A program made the position numbers and the translations under genes. 64,000 nucleotides of DNA from Chloroflexota bacterium (GTDB taxonomy: Bacteria > Chloroflexota > UBA6077 > JAJPHF01). Of the stretch, positions 14,949 through 25,105 are shown piece by piece (the stretch's first letter is position 1; every line of letters begins with the position of its first letter). The DNA lies in NCBI GenBank assembly GCA_035294645.1, contig DATGKN010000124.1:38335-102334 (forward strand), read 5' to 3'. The notes under the pieces were generated by a model. It was not told the DNA's origin, did not search any database, and worked only from the letters and a program-made list of their open reading frames with translations.

Positions 14949-15521
14949 CTAGCGCAGCGCGACGCAACCGAAAACGTTCTGGCCGCCGAGCGTGCCGAAG
15001 TTCGCGAACGAGCCCAACACCGGGCTCGTCAGGTTGAACAGGGTGACATTGTTGCCGATCGCGAACTGCCCCGCGGCACCGGGGAAGTACACGTTGGTCG
15101 GCAGGCCAGCGAACAGCCCGCCTAGCGCCAGCGCGTCGCAGCCGGTGGTCCCGTAGAACGGGTTCGGGTTGCCAATGCGCGCCAGGGCCAAGGCGCCGGC
15201 CGCGCCCACGGCGTTAGCGAACGGGTAGCCCACGTAGAACGGGTAGTAGTATGGGTAGTTGCCGAAGCCGCCACAATACGGCAGCCCGGGCCCCACCCCG
15301 ATCATCGTGCCGTAACCGTACGCCGAGAACCCGTAGGCGCCCAGCCCACAGCCGTAGCCCGTCGAGCCGAACCCCGTGGCACCGATAGGGCTGGCGTACG
15401 GCCCGTACCAGGTGCTCCAGTCGAGCCCCGGGCCGTAGCTCTGCGCCGCTGCCTGGGGCGCCGCCACCAGGCTGGCCGCGAGCAGCCCGCCGAGCACGAG
15501 CGCTCCGATGAGTCGCCGCAT
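14949..15521 (-). CDS. Secreted Gly/Tyr/Phe/Pro-rich hypothetical protein
   Basis: Sec-type signal peptide (MRR, hydrophobic core, AAA-Q), AGGAG RBS, strong GC3 bias, and TATAAT on the minus strand at 15600-15605. Confidence 0.8.
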   Translation of the reverse strand: MRRLIGALVLGGLLAASLVAAPQAAAQSYGPGLDWSTWYGPYASPIGATGFGSTGYGCGLGAYGFSAYGYGTMIGVGPGLPYCGGFGNYPYYYPFYVGYPFANAVGAAGALALARIGNPNPFYGTTGCDALALGGLFAGLPTNVYFPGAAGQFAIGNNVTLFNLTSPVLGSFANFGTLGGQNVFGCVALR

Positions 15522-15843
15522 GCGCCGTCTCCTCTCGCTGGGGTGCGTGGCCCCAGCTCTCCCCTCCCAGTTACCCGCCGCGTTGGCGGGCTAGCGCCGA
15601 TTATACACCGGCGGGCAGCGGTTGTGGCGGGGCCGTGCGGCCGCCGTGCCCTAGCCCCGAGGGCTCCGCGCGAGCGCGGCGGGCCCGAAGACGTCCCCTA
15701 GCCGCCGCTCCCCCCACGGCGAGTAGGCCGCCGCCAGCGCCTGCGAGAACGGGACCGGGTAATGGTACGCCCTACTGCAGACCGCTGCGCCCCGCCGTAT
15801 ACTACGCCAAGTCACTAGACGGGCGACGCGAGAGGAGGCGAGC

Positions 15844-16413
15844 GTGGCGCGGCGACCGCGGACCGGCCAGGTGCTGGTCTACTATGGGCAGGGCAAGGGC
15901 AAGACCACCGCCGCCTTCGGCCTGGCGCTGCGCGCCGTCGGCCGCGGCTGGCGCGTGTGCATGGTGCAGTTCACCAAGTCCGGCGAGTGGCCTCCGGGCG
16001 AGCCCGTGGGCGAGAACGCTGCGGCCAACCGCCTGGCGCCCGCGTTCGAGCTGCACGCCACGGGCCTCGGCTTCGTGAACATCTTGGGCGATCCGTACCC
16101 CTTCGAGGCGCACAAGGAGGCCGCCGAGCGAGGGCTGGCGCTGGCGCGCGAGAAGCTCCAGTCCGATACCTACGACCTGGTGATCCTCGACGAGGTGCTC
16201 GGCGCCGTCAGCCAGGGCCAGCTCACGCTCGACGCCGTGCTCGAGGTCGTGCAGCAGCGCCCGCCGAGCGTCAGCGTGCTGCTCACCGGCCACGACGACC
16301 GCGAGGCGTTCATCGACCGCGTGCTGGCCATCGCCGACCTGGCCACCGAGATGCGCAAGGTGAAGCACCCCTTCGACAGCGGGCGCCAGGCGATCAAAGG
16401 GCTGGACTACTAA
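15844..16413 (+). CDS. cobO: Cob(I)yrinic acid a,c-diamide adenosyltransferase (CobO/BtuR)
   Basis: VYYGQGKGKTTAAFGLALRAVG, VQFTK, DLVILDE, TEMRKVKHPF...GLDY. GAGGAGG RBS before a GTG start. Confidence 0.93.
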   Translation: MARRPRTGQVLVYYGQGKGKTTAAFGLALRAVGRGWRVCMVQFTKSGEWPPGEPVGENAAANRLAPAFELHATGLGFVNILGDPYPFEAHKEAAERGLALAREKLQSDTYDLVILDEVLGAVSQGQLTLDAVLEVVQQRPPSVSVLLTGHDDREAFIDRVLAIADLATEMRKVKHPFDSGRQAIKGLDY

Positions 16414-16438
16414 TAACCCGGTTCGGCAGCGCGGAGCT

Positions 16439-17542
16439 TCAGTGCTCCGTCGGTTCGAGCAGCACGTCGATCCCGCCCTCGCGCTCGCAAACGGTGGCCT
16501 CCGGCAGCCCCTGCCGCAGCTGCGCCACGAGTGCCGCCCGCGTGTAACCGCGCACGGCGAACACCGCGCGGTGCTGGGGCAGGCTCAGATCGATCGGTTG
16601 CGCCCCCGGTGCGATCTGGCCCAGCACCTTGGTCAGCCGCGTCAGCTCGTTGAACGAGCGCACCGGCCGCATCTCGATCTCGATCGTGCGCACGGGGTCC
16701 GGCGCGGCGCTCTCGAGCGGCGGGGCCGGCGCGTCGGGCAGCGCCACGGTGCGCTCGGTGCTGTCCGCCTCGGCGGCCGGGAGGCCGGAGGGGGCGGGCG
16801 CGAACGGCTCGATCTCGGCGAGCGCCGCGTCGATCGCCGCCAGCCGCTCGGCGATGATCCGCTCGTCGATCACCATCTCCTCGCTCGTCTCGTCGGGCAG
16901 CTGCGGCGTCAACGCCTCTTCCCCCGGCCGCGCGGCAACCGGCGCTTCCGCGATGGGTTCGGAGGCTGCGGCTGGTGCAGGCTGGGCGAATTCGTCGCCC
17001 AGCGCCAGCGGCGAGGGCTCCGCCGCGGGCTGGGCAACAGCGGGCTCGTCCGTCGGGGCGCTGGCCTCGGGCGCGGCGGGCGCGAGTGACGGGGTAGGCG
17101 CTTCCACCGCCCCGGGCACGGCGCCCCCTATCGCCTGGAGTGCCTCGGCCAGCGTGCGCTGCGCGGCGTCGAGGGCCGCTTGGAACTGGTGGGCCCGCGC
17201 CTGGAGCGCCGCGACCTCCGCGGCCTGGCGCGCCTCGAACTCGCGCTGGCGCGTCGCCAGCTCCTCCTCGCAGGCGCGCAGGCGCTCCTCGACCTGCGCC
17301 CGCGCCTCGGCCTCGAGCTGCTTGGCCAGCTCGCTCGCCTGGATGACCGTCGCCTCGGCCAGCCGCCGCAGCGCCTCGACGTGCTCGACGCGCTCGCGGA
17401 GCTGCGCGTTCTCCGCCTCCAGCGCCTCCAGCCGTTCCACCAGCTCGCCCAGCCGCTCGCGCACCTCCTCCACGCGCAGCGTGCCGTCGGCCGTCGGGGT
17501 GAAGGCCACGCCGTGGATCTCGACCGCCTCGCCCGGCGCCAT
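16439..17542 (-). CDS. DivIVA-like coiled-coil protein with Pro/Ala/Glu-rich linker and small C-terminal domain
   Basis: N-terminal pattern I..vaF....dG....eEV...l..l...le.Le.ENa.Lre resembles DivIVA, followed by a long coiled coil. GGGAGG RBS and TATACT at 17583-17588. Confidence 0.6.
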   Translation of the reverse strand: MAPGEAVEIHGVAFTPTADGTLRVEEVRERLGELVERLEALEAENAQLRERVEHVEALRRLAEATVIQASELAKQLEAEARAQVEERLRACEEELATRQREFEARQAAEVAALQARAHQFQAALDAAQRTLAEALQAIGGAVPGAVEAPTPSLAPAAPEASAPTDEPAVAQPAAEPSPLALGDEFAQPAPAAASEPIAEAPVAARPGEEALTPQLPDETSEEMVIDERIIAERLAAIDAALAEIEPFAPAPSGLPAAEADSTERTVALPDAPAPPLESAAPDPVRTIEIEMRPVRSFNELTRLTKVLGQIAPGAQPIDLSLPQHRAVFAVRGYTRAALVAQLRQGLPEATVCEREGGIDVLLEPTEH

Positions 17543-17650
17543 GGGTTTTGCCCCTCCCGTTCTGTGCCCGCCTCCGGGCCGCAGTATACTACGGCCCCTG
17601 GTGGCCGACGCGGCCTCCAGCGGCGGGCGGTGGCCGCTGTGCCTGATCCG

Positions 17651-19159
17651 TTATTCGGCGCCGGCGGCGAAGCCGGACAGGGCCGGCGCGGGGGCATCGG
17701 CGTCGAGCGCGGCGGGGCGCGGGGGCTCGCCCGGCAGGCCCAGCTCGCGCCAGCGCGCGGCCACGCGGCGGTAGGTGCTCTCGCGCAGCAGCGCCCGCGG
17801 CGCCGTGTGGCCCGGCGGCCGCAGGTCGCGGCAGGCGTTGATCAACACCTTGCCGCCGTAGGGCCGGTCGGCCTCGTCGTTCTGCGAGGGGTCGAGCGGC
17901 GTAGACCACGTGCGGCGCAGGAGGTCGATGTCGCGCGGTGGGTGGCAGCGCACGCTCAGCGCCCACAGCACCTGGTTCAGGTCCGAGGGATCCACATCCT
18001 CGTCGACGGTGATGATCCACTTAGTGTAGTAGGCGGTGGCGGGCGCCTGCGCGGCGAGCGCCAGCACCTGGGCGGCGTGGCCCGCGTAGCGCTGCTCCAA
18101 CGAGACGACCACCAGGGCGAACCCGGCGGCCGCCGCCGGATGAGCGTACACGCCGCGGATGCCCGGCACGCCCAGCCGCTCCAGGTCGTCCCACAGCCGC
18201 GCGGCCCGCGCCAGGGCGATGAACAGTGCCTGCTCGCACACGGGGTACTCGGCGGCCATCGCCGCGGTGAGGATCGGCTGCTCGCGGCAGTACAGCGCCT
18301 CGACGCGCAGCACCGGCGCGGCGCCCGCCGGCCGGCCGTAGTAGCCGGTGAACTCGCCCAGCGGCCCCTCCTGGCGCTGGGCGTGCGGCGCGAGGAAGCC
18401 CTCCACGGCGATCTCCGCCGTCGCGGGGATCGGCAGCCCCGTGACCGGGCCGCGCACGACGGGCACCGGCTCGCCCCGGATACCGCCCGCCACATCGTAC
18501 TCGGAAGTATGCGCCCCGAAGCTCTGCGAGCCGACTACCAACAGTAGCGGGTCCAGCCCGTACACCGCCACGGCCGGCAGAGCCTCGCCGCGGCGCCAGG
18601 CGGCTTGGAGGTGCTGCAGGCCGTCCTTACCGGGCGAGATGTACACGCCCACCTCGCGCGGGCCGTGCAGCATCTGGCGGTAGGTGCCCAGGTTGAGGGT
18701 GCCCGTCTCGGGGTGGCGCGTGATGAGCACCGTGGCGCTGCCGACGTAGCGGCCCCCGTCGCGCGGCCAGAACTTCGGGGCCGGCAGGGTGGTCAGATCG
18801 ACCGCATCGCCTCGCCAGACCTGCTCGCCCACCGGCGCCTCGGCCCACGGCACCTCCACCGGCGGCAGCCGGCGGCGCACCCGCTCGCGCGACGCGGCGA
18901 TGCACTCCAGCGGGCGCAGCCCCGGCGGCAGCCCTAGTGTCAGTGCCAAGCGGTCGAGGCTCGACCCGATCAGGTTGGACAGCACCCGCCAGCCCGGGTG
19001 GCCGCGGACGTCCTCGAACAGCAGCGCGGGCGCGTTCTCGCGCGAGGCCACCAGGTAGGTCACCGCGCCCAGTTCCTCATCCCAGTCCACCGGCGCCGTC
19101 ACGCGCTGGAGCTGCCCCAGCGCCTCCACCCGGTCCAGCCACGTGCGCAGGTCGTTCAT
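17651..19159 (-). CDS. UbiD family (prFMN-dependent) decarboxylase
   Basis: DLRTWL, PALLFE, DGGRY, NLGTYRQM, EGPLGEFTGYY, ITVDEDVDP, TPLDPS. Start at MNDLR (19159) after GGAGG. Confidence 0.93.
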   Translation of the reverse strand: MNDLRTWLDRVEALGQLQRVTAPVDWDEELGAVTYLVASRENAPALLFEDVRGHPGWRVLSNLIGSSLDRLALTLGLPPGLRPLECIAASRERVRRRLPPVEVPWAEAPVGEQVWRGDAVDLTTLPAPKFWPRDGGRYVGSATVLITRHPETGTLNLGTYRQMLHGPREVGVYISPGKDGLQHLQAAWRRGEALPAVAVYGLDPLLLVVGSQSFGAHTSEYDVAGGIRGEPVPVVRGPVTGLPIPATAEIAVEGFLAPHAQRQEGPLGEFTGYYGRPAGAAPVLRVEALYCREQPILTAAMAAEYPVCEQALFIALARAARLWDDLERLGVPGIRGVYAHPAAAAGFALVVVSLEQRYAGHAAQVLALAAQAPATAYYTKWIITVDEDVDPSDLNQVLWALSVRCHPPRDIDLLRRTWSTPLDPSQNDEADRPYGGKVLINACRDLRPPGHTAPRALLRESTYRRVAARWRELGLPGEPPRPAALDADAPAPALSGFAAGAE

Positions 19160-19190
19160 GCTGTCCTCCCCGCGTGCGCCCCCTCGCGGG

Positions 19191-19241
19191 ATTATAGGCG
19201 GGACCGCGCGGCCAGCGGCGCGGCACGCCATGCGGCATAAT
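19191..19241. promoter_or_regulatory. Back-to-back divergent promoters for the UbiD-family and PrpF-family genes
   Basis: TATAAT on the minus strand at 19191-19196 and CATAAT on the plus strand at 19236-19241, so the -35 regions would overlap. Confidence 0.45.
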
Positions 19242-19293
19242 GGGGCCAGAACCGACCGCAGCGCTAGGCGCTCGGGGGAGCGGAGGGGCGGCG

Positions 19294-20496
19294 ATGCAGC
19301 AGCTGAGGATCCCATGCGTGTTCATGCGCGGCGGTACCAGCCGCGGCGCGTACCTCTGGGCCGCGGATTTGCCGGCCGATCCGGCGGCGCGCGACCAGGT
19401 CATCCTGGCCATCTACGGCAGCCCCGATGTGCGGCAGATCGACGGGCTGGGCGGCGGCGACTCGCTGACCAGCAAGGTGGCGATCCTCGCTCCGCCGTCG
19501 CGCCCCGACGCCGACATCGATTACACCTTCGGCCAGGTCGGCATCACGACCGCCAGCATCGACTATAAGCCCAACTGCGGCAACATCTCCTCGGGCGTGG
19601 GCCCCTATGCGATCCTGCGCGGCCTGGTGCCGGCGGTCGAGCCGATCACCCGCGTGCGCATCCACAACACCAACACGCGCAAGATCATCGTCGCCGAGGT
19701 GCCCGTCAAGGACGGCGAGGTGCTGGTGGACGGCGACTGCGCGATCGACGGCGTGCCAGGCACCGGCGCGCGCATCCTGCTCGACTTCCAGGACGTCGGC
19801 GGCAGCGCGACCGGCCGGCTGCTGCCCACCGGTCGCCCACGCGACACGCTGGTGGTCGACGGCCGCACGTTCGAGGTCTCCCTGGTCGACGCCGGCAACC
19901 CCTACGTGTTCCTGCGCGCCGAGGATCTGGGGCTCGACGGCACCGAGAGCGCCAGCCGCGTCAACAGCGACCGGGCCCTGCTCGATTACGTCGAGCGCAT
20001 CCGCGCCCACGCCGCCGTGCGGTACGGCTTCGTCGACGACCCCGCCCGCGCGCTCGCCGACAGCCCCAACTGGCCGAAGATCGCCTACGTGGCCCCGCCC
20101 CGCGACTACACTACCCCCACGGGCCGCACCATCCGTGCCGAGGAGATCGACTTCCTCGCCCGCGGCTTCTCGGGCCAGATCCTGCACAAGGCCTACGCGG
20201 TCACCGGCGCGCTGGCCACCGCCGCCGCGGCGCGAGTGCCGGGCTCGCTCGTCCACGCGGTCTGCCGCAGTGAGCCGGGGCGACGGACGGTGCGCATCGG
20301 CCATCCCGCGGGGGTGCTGACGCTGGAGGCGGAGGTCCAGCAGCGGGACGGCGAGCTGGTGGTGACCCGCGCGGCGCTGGAGCGCACGGCGCGGCGGATC
20401 ATGGACGGCTACGTCTACGTGCCGCTCAGCAAGGTGCCGGCGCTGCGCGGCGCGCTGGCCCCTGCCGGTGCCGCCAGCGGCTCGCGGGGCGGTTGA
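19294..20496 (+). CDS. prpF: PrpF family isomerase (2-methylaconitate/methylitaconate isomerase or 4-oxalomesaconate tautomerase-like)
   Basis: MRGGTSRG, QIDGLGGGDSLTSKVA, catalytic Cys in NCGN, IDGVPGTG, DAGNP, GHPAG, RTARRIMDG. Confidence 0.92.
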   Translation: MQQLRIPCVFMRGGTSRGAYLWAADLPADPAARDQVILAIYGSPDVRQIDGLGGGDSLTSKVAILAPPSRPDADIDYTFGQVGITTASIDYKPNCGNISSGVGPYAILRGLVPAVEPITRVRIHNTNTRKIIVAEVPVKDGEVLVDGDCAIDGVPGTGARILLDFQDVGGSATGRLLPTGRPRDTLVVDGRTFEVSLVDAGNPYVFLRAEDLGLDGTESASRVNSDRALLDYVERIRAHAAVRYGFVDDPARALADSPNWPKIAYVAPPRDYTTPTGRTIRAEEIDFLARGFSGQILHKAYAVTGALATAAAARVPGSLVHAVCRSEPGRRTVRIGHPAGVLTLEAEVQQRDGELVVTRAALERTARRIMDGYVYVPLSKVPALRGALAPAGAASGSRGG

Positions 20497-20552
20497 CCCA
20501 CCCCGCTGGGCCCGCGCCGTGGCGCACCCTGCCCCGAGCCAAGGGCACGCGG

Positions 20553-21713
20553 TCAGCGTACGGGCGCCACGGCGCGCAAGCGCTCGATCGCGCCCGGCAG
20601 GATCTCCAGCGTGCGCTCGATCTGGTCCTCGTCGTTGTCGCGGCCGAGGGTCAGGCGCAGGCTCCCCTGCGCCAGGCTCACCGGCAGCCCCATCGCCTTG
20701 AGCACGTGCGACGCCTCCAGCGAGCCCGAGGTGCACGCGGAGCCGGTGGAGGCGCAGATGTTGTGCTGGTCGAGGCTCAGCAGCAGCGCCTCGCCCTCGA
20801 CCCCCTCGAAGACGAAGCTGGCGCTGTTGGGCAGCCGCTCGGTCGGGTGGCCCGTGAGCTGCGCGCCGGGCACGCGCTCCAGAACGCCCGCGATCAGCCG
20901 GTCGCGCAGGGCGCGCAGGCGCCGGGTGGTCGAGGGCAGCTCCTCGGCGGCCAGCTCCAGCGCGCGCGCCAGCCCGACGATGTACGGCACGTTCTCGGTA
21001 CCCGCCCGCCGCCCGCGCTCCTGGCCGCCGCCCTGCTGGATCGGCAGCAGCGGCGTGCCCTGCCGCACGTACAGCACGCCCACGCCCTTGGGGGCGTAGA
21101 ACTTGTGGCCGGACAGGCTGAGGAGGTCCACGCCCAGCGCGTCGACATCCAGCTCGAGGGTGCCACCGGCCTGCACCGCGTCGGTGTGCAGGTAGATGCC
21201 CCGCCCGCGCAGCAGGTCGGCGATGGCACGGATCGGCTGGATGGTGCCGACCTCGTTGTTGGCGAGCATCACGCTGACCAGGATCGTGCGGTCGGTGAGC
21301 GCCCGCTCTAGCGCCCCGAGGTCGACCACGCCGTGGCGGTCCACGGGCAGGTAGGTCACCTCGAAGCCAAAGTAGCGCTCCAACCACTCGCAGGCGTGCA
21401 GCACCGCGTGGTGCTCGACCTGGGTGGTGATGAGGTGGTTGCCGCGGTCGCGCAGCGCGAAGGCCACCCCCTTGATCGCCAGGTTGTCGCTCTCCGTGCC
21501 GCACGAGGTGAAGAGGATCTCGGCCGGGCGACAGTGCAGCACGCGCGCCACCGTGTCGCGCGCCCAGTCGACCGCGGCGCGCGCGTCGCGCCCGAGGCCG
21601 TAGATACTCGACGGGTTGCCGTAGCGGCTCCCGAAGAACGGCAGCATCGCCTCGACCACCTCCGGCCGCACCGGGGTGGTCGCCGCATGGTCGAGGTAGA
21701 TGGTCTCGGACAT
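20553..21713 (-). CDS. iscS: Cysteine desulfurase (IscS/NifS class I)
   Basis: [46 protein letters not shown]. Confidence 0.95.
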   Translation of the reverse strand: MSETIYLDHAATTPVRPEVVEAMLPFFGSRYGNPSSIYGLGRDARAAVDWARDTVARVLHCRPAEILFTSCGTESDNLAIKGVAFALRDRGNHLITTQVEHHAVLHACEWLERYFGFEVTYLPVDRHGVVDLGALERALTDRTILVSVMLANNEVGTIQPIRAIADLLRGRGIYLHTDAVQAGGTLELDVDALGVDLLSLSGHKFYAPKGVGVLYVRQGTPLLPIQQGGGQERGRRAGTENVPYIVGLARALELAAEELPSTTRRLRALRDRLIAGVLERVPGAQLTGHPTERLPNSASFVFEGVEGEALLLSLDQHNICASTGSACTSGSLEASHVLKAMGLPVSLAQGSLRLTLGRDNDEDQIERTLEILPGAIERLRAVAPVR

Positions 21714-21809
21714 CGCGCCTCCGTGGAGGGCCGACATCTCGCCGCGCGCGGCCCACGGGTGGTGACACCCACAGCATACCACTCGCGGACGGCGGCCAGG
21801 CTGCTCGCC

Positions 21810-24590
21810 CTAGCCCTGCGGGGGCGCGCCGGCCCGCATCAGGTGGCGCAACACGAGCTGCAGGATACCGCCGTGGCGCAGGTAGTCGACCTCCACCACG
21901 CTGTCCACGCGGGCAATCGCCTGGAAGCGGAACGCCGTCCCGTCCTCGCGGCGCGCGTGCACCGTCATCGTCTGGCCCGGGCGCAGGCCGTCCGCCAGGC
22001 CCACGAGGTCGAACGTCTCGCGGCCTGTCAGCCCCAGCGACTGGCGCGACTCGCCCGGCAGGAACTGGAGCGGGAGGATGCCCATGCCTACCAGGTTGCT
22101 GCGGTGGATCCGCTCGTAGCTCTCGGCGAGCACCGCGCGCACGCCCAGCAGCAACGGGCCCTTCGCCGCCCAGTCGCGCGAGCTGCCGGAGCCGTACTCC
22201 TTGCCCGCGATGACCAGCAGCGGCGTGCCGTCGCGCTGGTAGCGCTGCGCGGCGTCGAAGATGCGCAGCTCCTCGCCCGTGGGCAGGTACACCGTCCAGT
22301 CGCCCTCGCGCCCGGGCACCAGCTCGTTGCGCAGCCGCACGTTGCCGAACGTACCGCGCATCATCACCTCGTGGTTGCCGCGCCGCGCGCCGTAGCTGTT
22401 GAACTCGCGCGGCTCCACCCCGCGCGCGATCAGGAACTGGCCCGCGGGGCTGTCCACCGGGATCGAGCCAGCGGGCGAGATGTGGTCGGTAGTGATGGAG
22501 TCGCCGAGCATCACCAGCACCCGTGCCCCGCGGATGTCGGTCAGCGGTGGCGGCTCGGGCGGCAGCCCCACGAAGAACGGCGGCTCCTGCACGTAGGTCG
22601 ACTGGGGGTCCCACTGGTACAGGTCGCCCGCCGGCACCGGCAGCTGGCGCCACTCCTCGGTGCCCTCGAACACACGGCTGTACGCCTCGCGGTACAGCTC
22701 GGGCAACACGCAGGAGGCCATCAGCTCGCTGACCTCGGCCGCGCTGGGCCAGATGTCGCGCAGGTACACGGGCTGGCCCGCGCGGTCGGTGCCCAGCGGC
22801 TCGCTGGTGAGGTCGATATCCACCGTGCCGGCCAGCGCGTAGGCCACCACGAGCGGCGGCGAGGCCAGGTACGCGGCGCGCACCTGCGGGTGGATGCGGC
22901 CCTCGAAGTTGCGGTTGCCGCTGAGCACGGCGGCGACCACCAGGTCGTGCTCGCGGATCGCCCGCGCGACCGGCTCGGGTAGCGGCCCGCTGTTGCCGAT
23001 GCAAGTGGTGCAGCCGTACCCCACGATATGGAAGCCCAACGCCTCCAGGTACGGCAGCAGGTTCGCCTTGCGGAAGTAGTCGGTGACTACGCGCGAACCC
23101 GGCGCGGTGCTCGTCTTCACGTGCGGCTTGACGGCCAGTCCGCGCTCGACCGCCTTCTTGGCCAGCAAGCCGGCGGCCAGCATCACCGACGGGTTGGAGG
23201 TATTGGTGCAACTGGTGATGGCGGCGATGACCACCGAGCCGTCGCTCAGCTCGGCGGGCTGGCCGTCGAGCTGGATCGCCACCTTGCGGGGCTGCGGCTC
23301 GCTGGCCACCGCCACAGCCGTGGCGGCCGGCGCGCTGCCCGACTCCGCGCGTGCGCCGCCATCCCCACTCGGTGGGGCGAAGCGGTGGGGAAACGCGTGG
23401 CGCAGGCTCTGGCGCACGCCCCGCAGCGACACGCGGTCCTGCGGCCGCCGCGGCCCGGCCAGGCTCGGCTCCACCGTCGCGAGGTCGAGGGTCAACAGCT
23501 CGCTGAACCGCGGCTCCGGGGTGCTGGCGGTGCGGAACAGCCCCTGCGCCTTGCAGTAGCGCTCGACCAGCTCGACCAGCGCCGGGCTGCGGCCGGTCAT
23601 GCGGAGGTAGCGCAGCGTCTCGTCGTCGACCGGGAACAGCGCCGTGGTCGCGCCGTACTCCGGCGACATGTTGGCGATGGTGGCGCGGTCGGCCAGCGGC
23701 AGGTGCGCCAGGCCGGGGCCGGTGAACTCGACGAACTTGCCCACCACGCCATGGCGGCGCAGGATCTGGGTGATCGTCAGCACCAGGTCGGTGGCCGTCG
23801 CCCCCTCGGGCAGCGCGCCCTCCAGCCGGAAGCCGACCACCTGCGGGGTGAGCAGGTACAGCGGCTGGCCGAGCATCACCGCCTCGGCCTCGATGCCGCC
23901 CACGCCCCAGCCGAGCACGCCCAGGCCGCTGATCATGGTGGTGTGCGAGTCGGTGCCCACCAGCGTGTCCGGTAGCGCCACGCGGACGCCGTCGACCGTG
24001 CGCGTCTGGACCACGGTGGCGAGATACTCCAGGTTGACCTGGTGGACGATCCCGGTGCCCGGCGGCACGACGCGGAAGTTGTCGAACGCCTCCTGCGCCC
24101 AGCGCAGCAGGGCGTAGCGCTCGGCGTTGCGCTCGTACTCACGCACCACGTTACGCGCGAACGCGTCGGGCGAGGCGTAGTAGTCGACCTGCACCGAGTG
24201 GTCGATCACCAGATCGACGGGGACCAGCGGGTTGATGCGGCGCGGGTCGCCACCGAGCCGGGCCACGGCCGAGCGCATGGCCGCCAGATCGACCACGGCT
24301 GGCACACCAGTGAAGTCCTGGAGCACTACGCGCGCGGGCATGAACGGCAGCTCGGCGTCGCCGGGGTGCTGCGGGTCCCAGCGGGCGAGGGCCTGCACGT
24401 GTTCCTCGGTGACGGCGCGGCCGTCGTAGTTGCGCAGCAGGCTTTCCAGCAGGATCTTAACCGTGCAGGGGAGGCGATCGAGGTCGGCCAGCCCTCGCGC
24501 CGCCAGCGCCTCCAGGCGATAGTAAGTGATCGCGCCGTCGGCCGTAGTGAGCGTGGCGCGGCTGCCGTACAGATCGCGGTAAGCTGTCAT
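21810..24590 (-). CDS. acnA: Aconitate hydratase AcnA
   Basis: [70 protein letters not shown]. Confidence 0.97.
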   Translation of the reverse strand: MTAYRDLYGSRATLTTADGAITYYRLEALAARGLADLDRLPCTVKILLESLLRNYDGRAVTEEHVQALARWDPQHPGDAELPFMPARVVLQDFTGVPAVVDLAAMRSAVARLGGDPRRINPLVPVDLVIDHSVQVDYYASPDAFARNVVREYERNAERYALLRWAQEAFDNFRVVPPGTGIVHQVNLEYLATVVQTRTVDGVRVALPDTLVGTDSHTTMISGLGVLGWGVGGIEAEAVMLGQPLYLLTPQVVGFRLEGALPEGATATDLVLTITQILRRHGVVGKFVEFTGPGLAHLPLADRATIANMSPEYGATTALFPVDDETLRYLRMTGRSPALVELVERYCKAQGLFRTASTPEPRFSELLTLDLATVEPSLAGPRRPQDRVSLRGVRQSLRHAFPHRFAPPSGDGGARAESGSAPAATAVAVASEPQPRKVAIQLDGQPAELSDGSVVIAAITSCTNTSNPSVMLAAGLLAKKAVERGLAVKPHVKTSTAPGSRVVTDYFRKANLLPYLEALGFHIVGYGCTTCIGNSGPLPEPVARAIREHDLVVAAVLSGNRNFEGRIHPQVRAAYLASPPLVVAYALAGTVDIDLTSEPLGTDRAGQPVYLRDIWPSAAEVSELMASCVLPELYREAYSRVFEGTEEWRQLPVPAGDLYQWDPQSTYVQEPPFFVGLPPEPPPLTDIRGARVLVMLGDSITTDHISPAGSIPVDSPAGQFLIARGVEPREFNSYGARRGNHEVMMRGTFGNVRLRNELVPGREGDWTVYLPTGEELRIFDAAQRYQRDGTPLLVIAGKEYGSGSSRDWAAKGPLLLGVRAVLAESYERIHRSNLVGMGILPLQFLPGESRQSLGLTGRETFDLVGLADGLRPGQTMTVHARREDGTAFRFQAIARVDSVVEVDYLRHGGILQLVLRHLMRAGAPPQG

Positions 24591-24811
24591 GCTCCTCCCA
24601 CCCTCCTGAATCACTTCGGCGCAGGCCGCCTGGAGTCCGGGGGACCAGGGAAGCGACGTGGCGCAGCTAAGTTATAGCACCGGCGCGCTCTCGGGCGGCG
24701 GCGCGGGCGGCGGACCATTGGCGTGCAGCGAAGCGGCCTGTGGTAAAATACCGCCAGGCAGGCGCGGCCCCGCCGGTGGGCCGGCGAGGGCTTCGCTCGG
24801 TGAGGAGTCCC

Positions 24812-25087
24812 ATGAGCCAGACCGAATCAGGAAACCCGAATCTGGGGGCGGCCGCGGGCGCCAGCGGGCTGAAGTCGTACACTGCCCTGCAGCTGTTTTT
24901 CCTGATGAGGCTGTCCTACCTGATCCGCCGGCGCAAGGAAGAGCTCGCCTCCCTAGACCCGAGCCACTGGAAGTACAAGCTACTCAACAAGAGCTTGTAC
25001 TCGACCTACTGTGACTGCGTCGCGGAGGGCGTGGGGGAGGAGGCGAAGGTGCTCCTCGGCCAGCAGCAAGCTGGGGAGCAGAACTAG
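24812..25087 (+). CDS. Small conserved-looking hypothetical protein (91 aa) with a YSTYCDC motif
   Basis: GAGGAG RBS, typical codon usage, and an extended -10 TGGTAAAAT at 24741-24749. Confidence 0.75.
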   Translation: MSQTESGNPNLGAAAGASGLKSYTALQLFFLMRLSYLIRRRKEELASLDPSHWKYKLLNKSLYSTYCDCVAEGVGEEAKVLLGQQQAGEQN

Positions 25088-25105
25088 CCGCCGCGCGCGG
25101 CGCCT

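Noticed and set aside
15522-15843. Possible cobalamin riboswitch upstream of cobO
   Set aside because: No AGGGAA, CCCCCGC.ACUGU or B12-box elements. A TATACT box close to the gene implies a short leader.
19264-23211. 1315-aa minus-strand ORF
   Set aside because: A shadow frame over acnA, iscS and antisense prpF. It is Arg/Gly/Ala-rich with no motifs, as expected from stop-codon scarcity at high GC.
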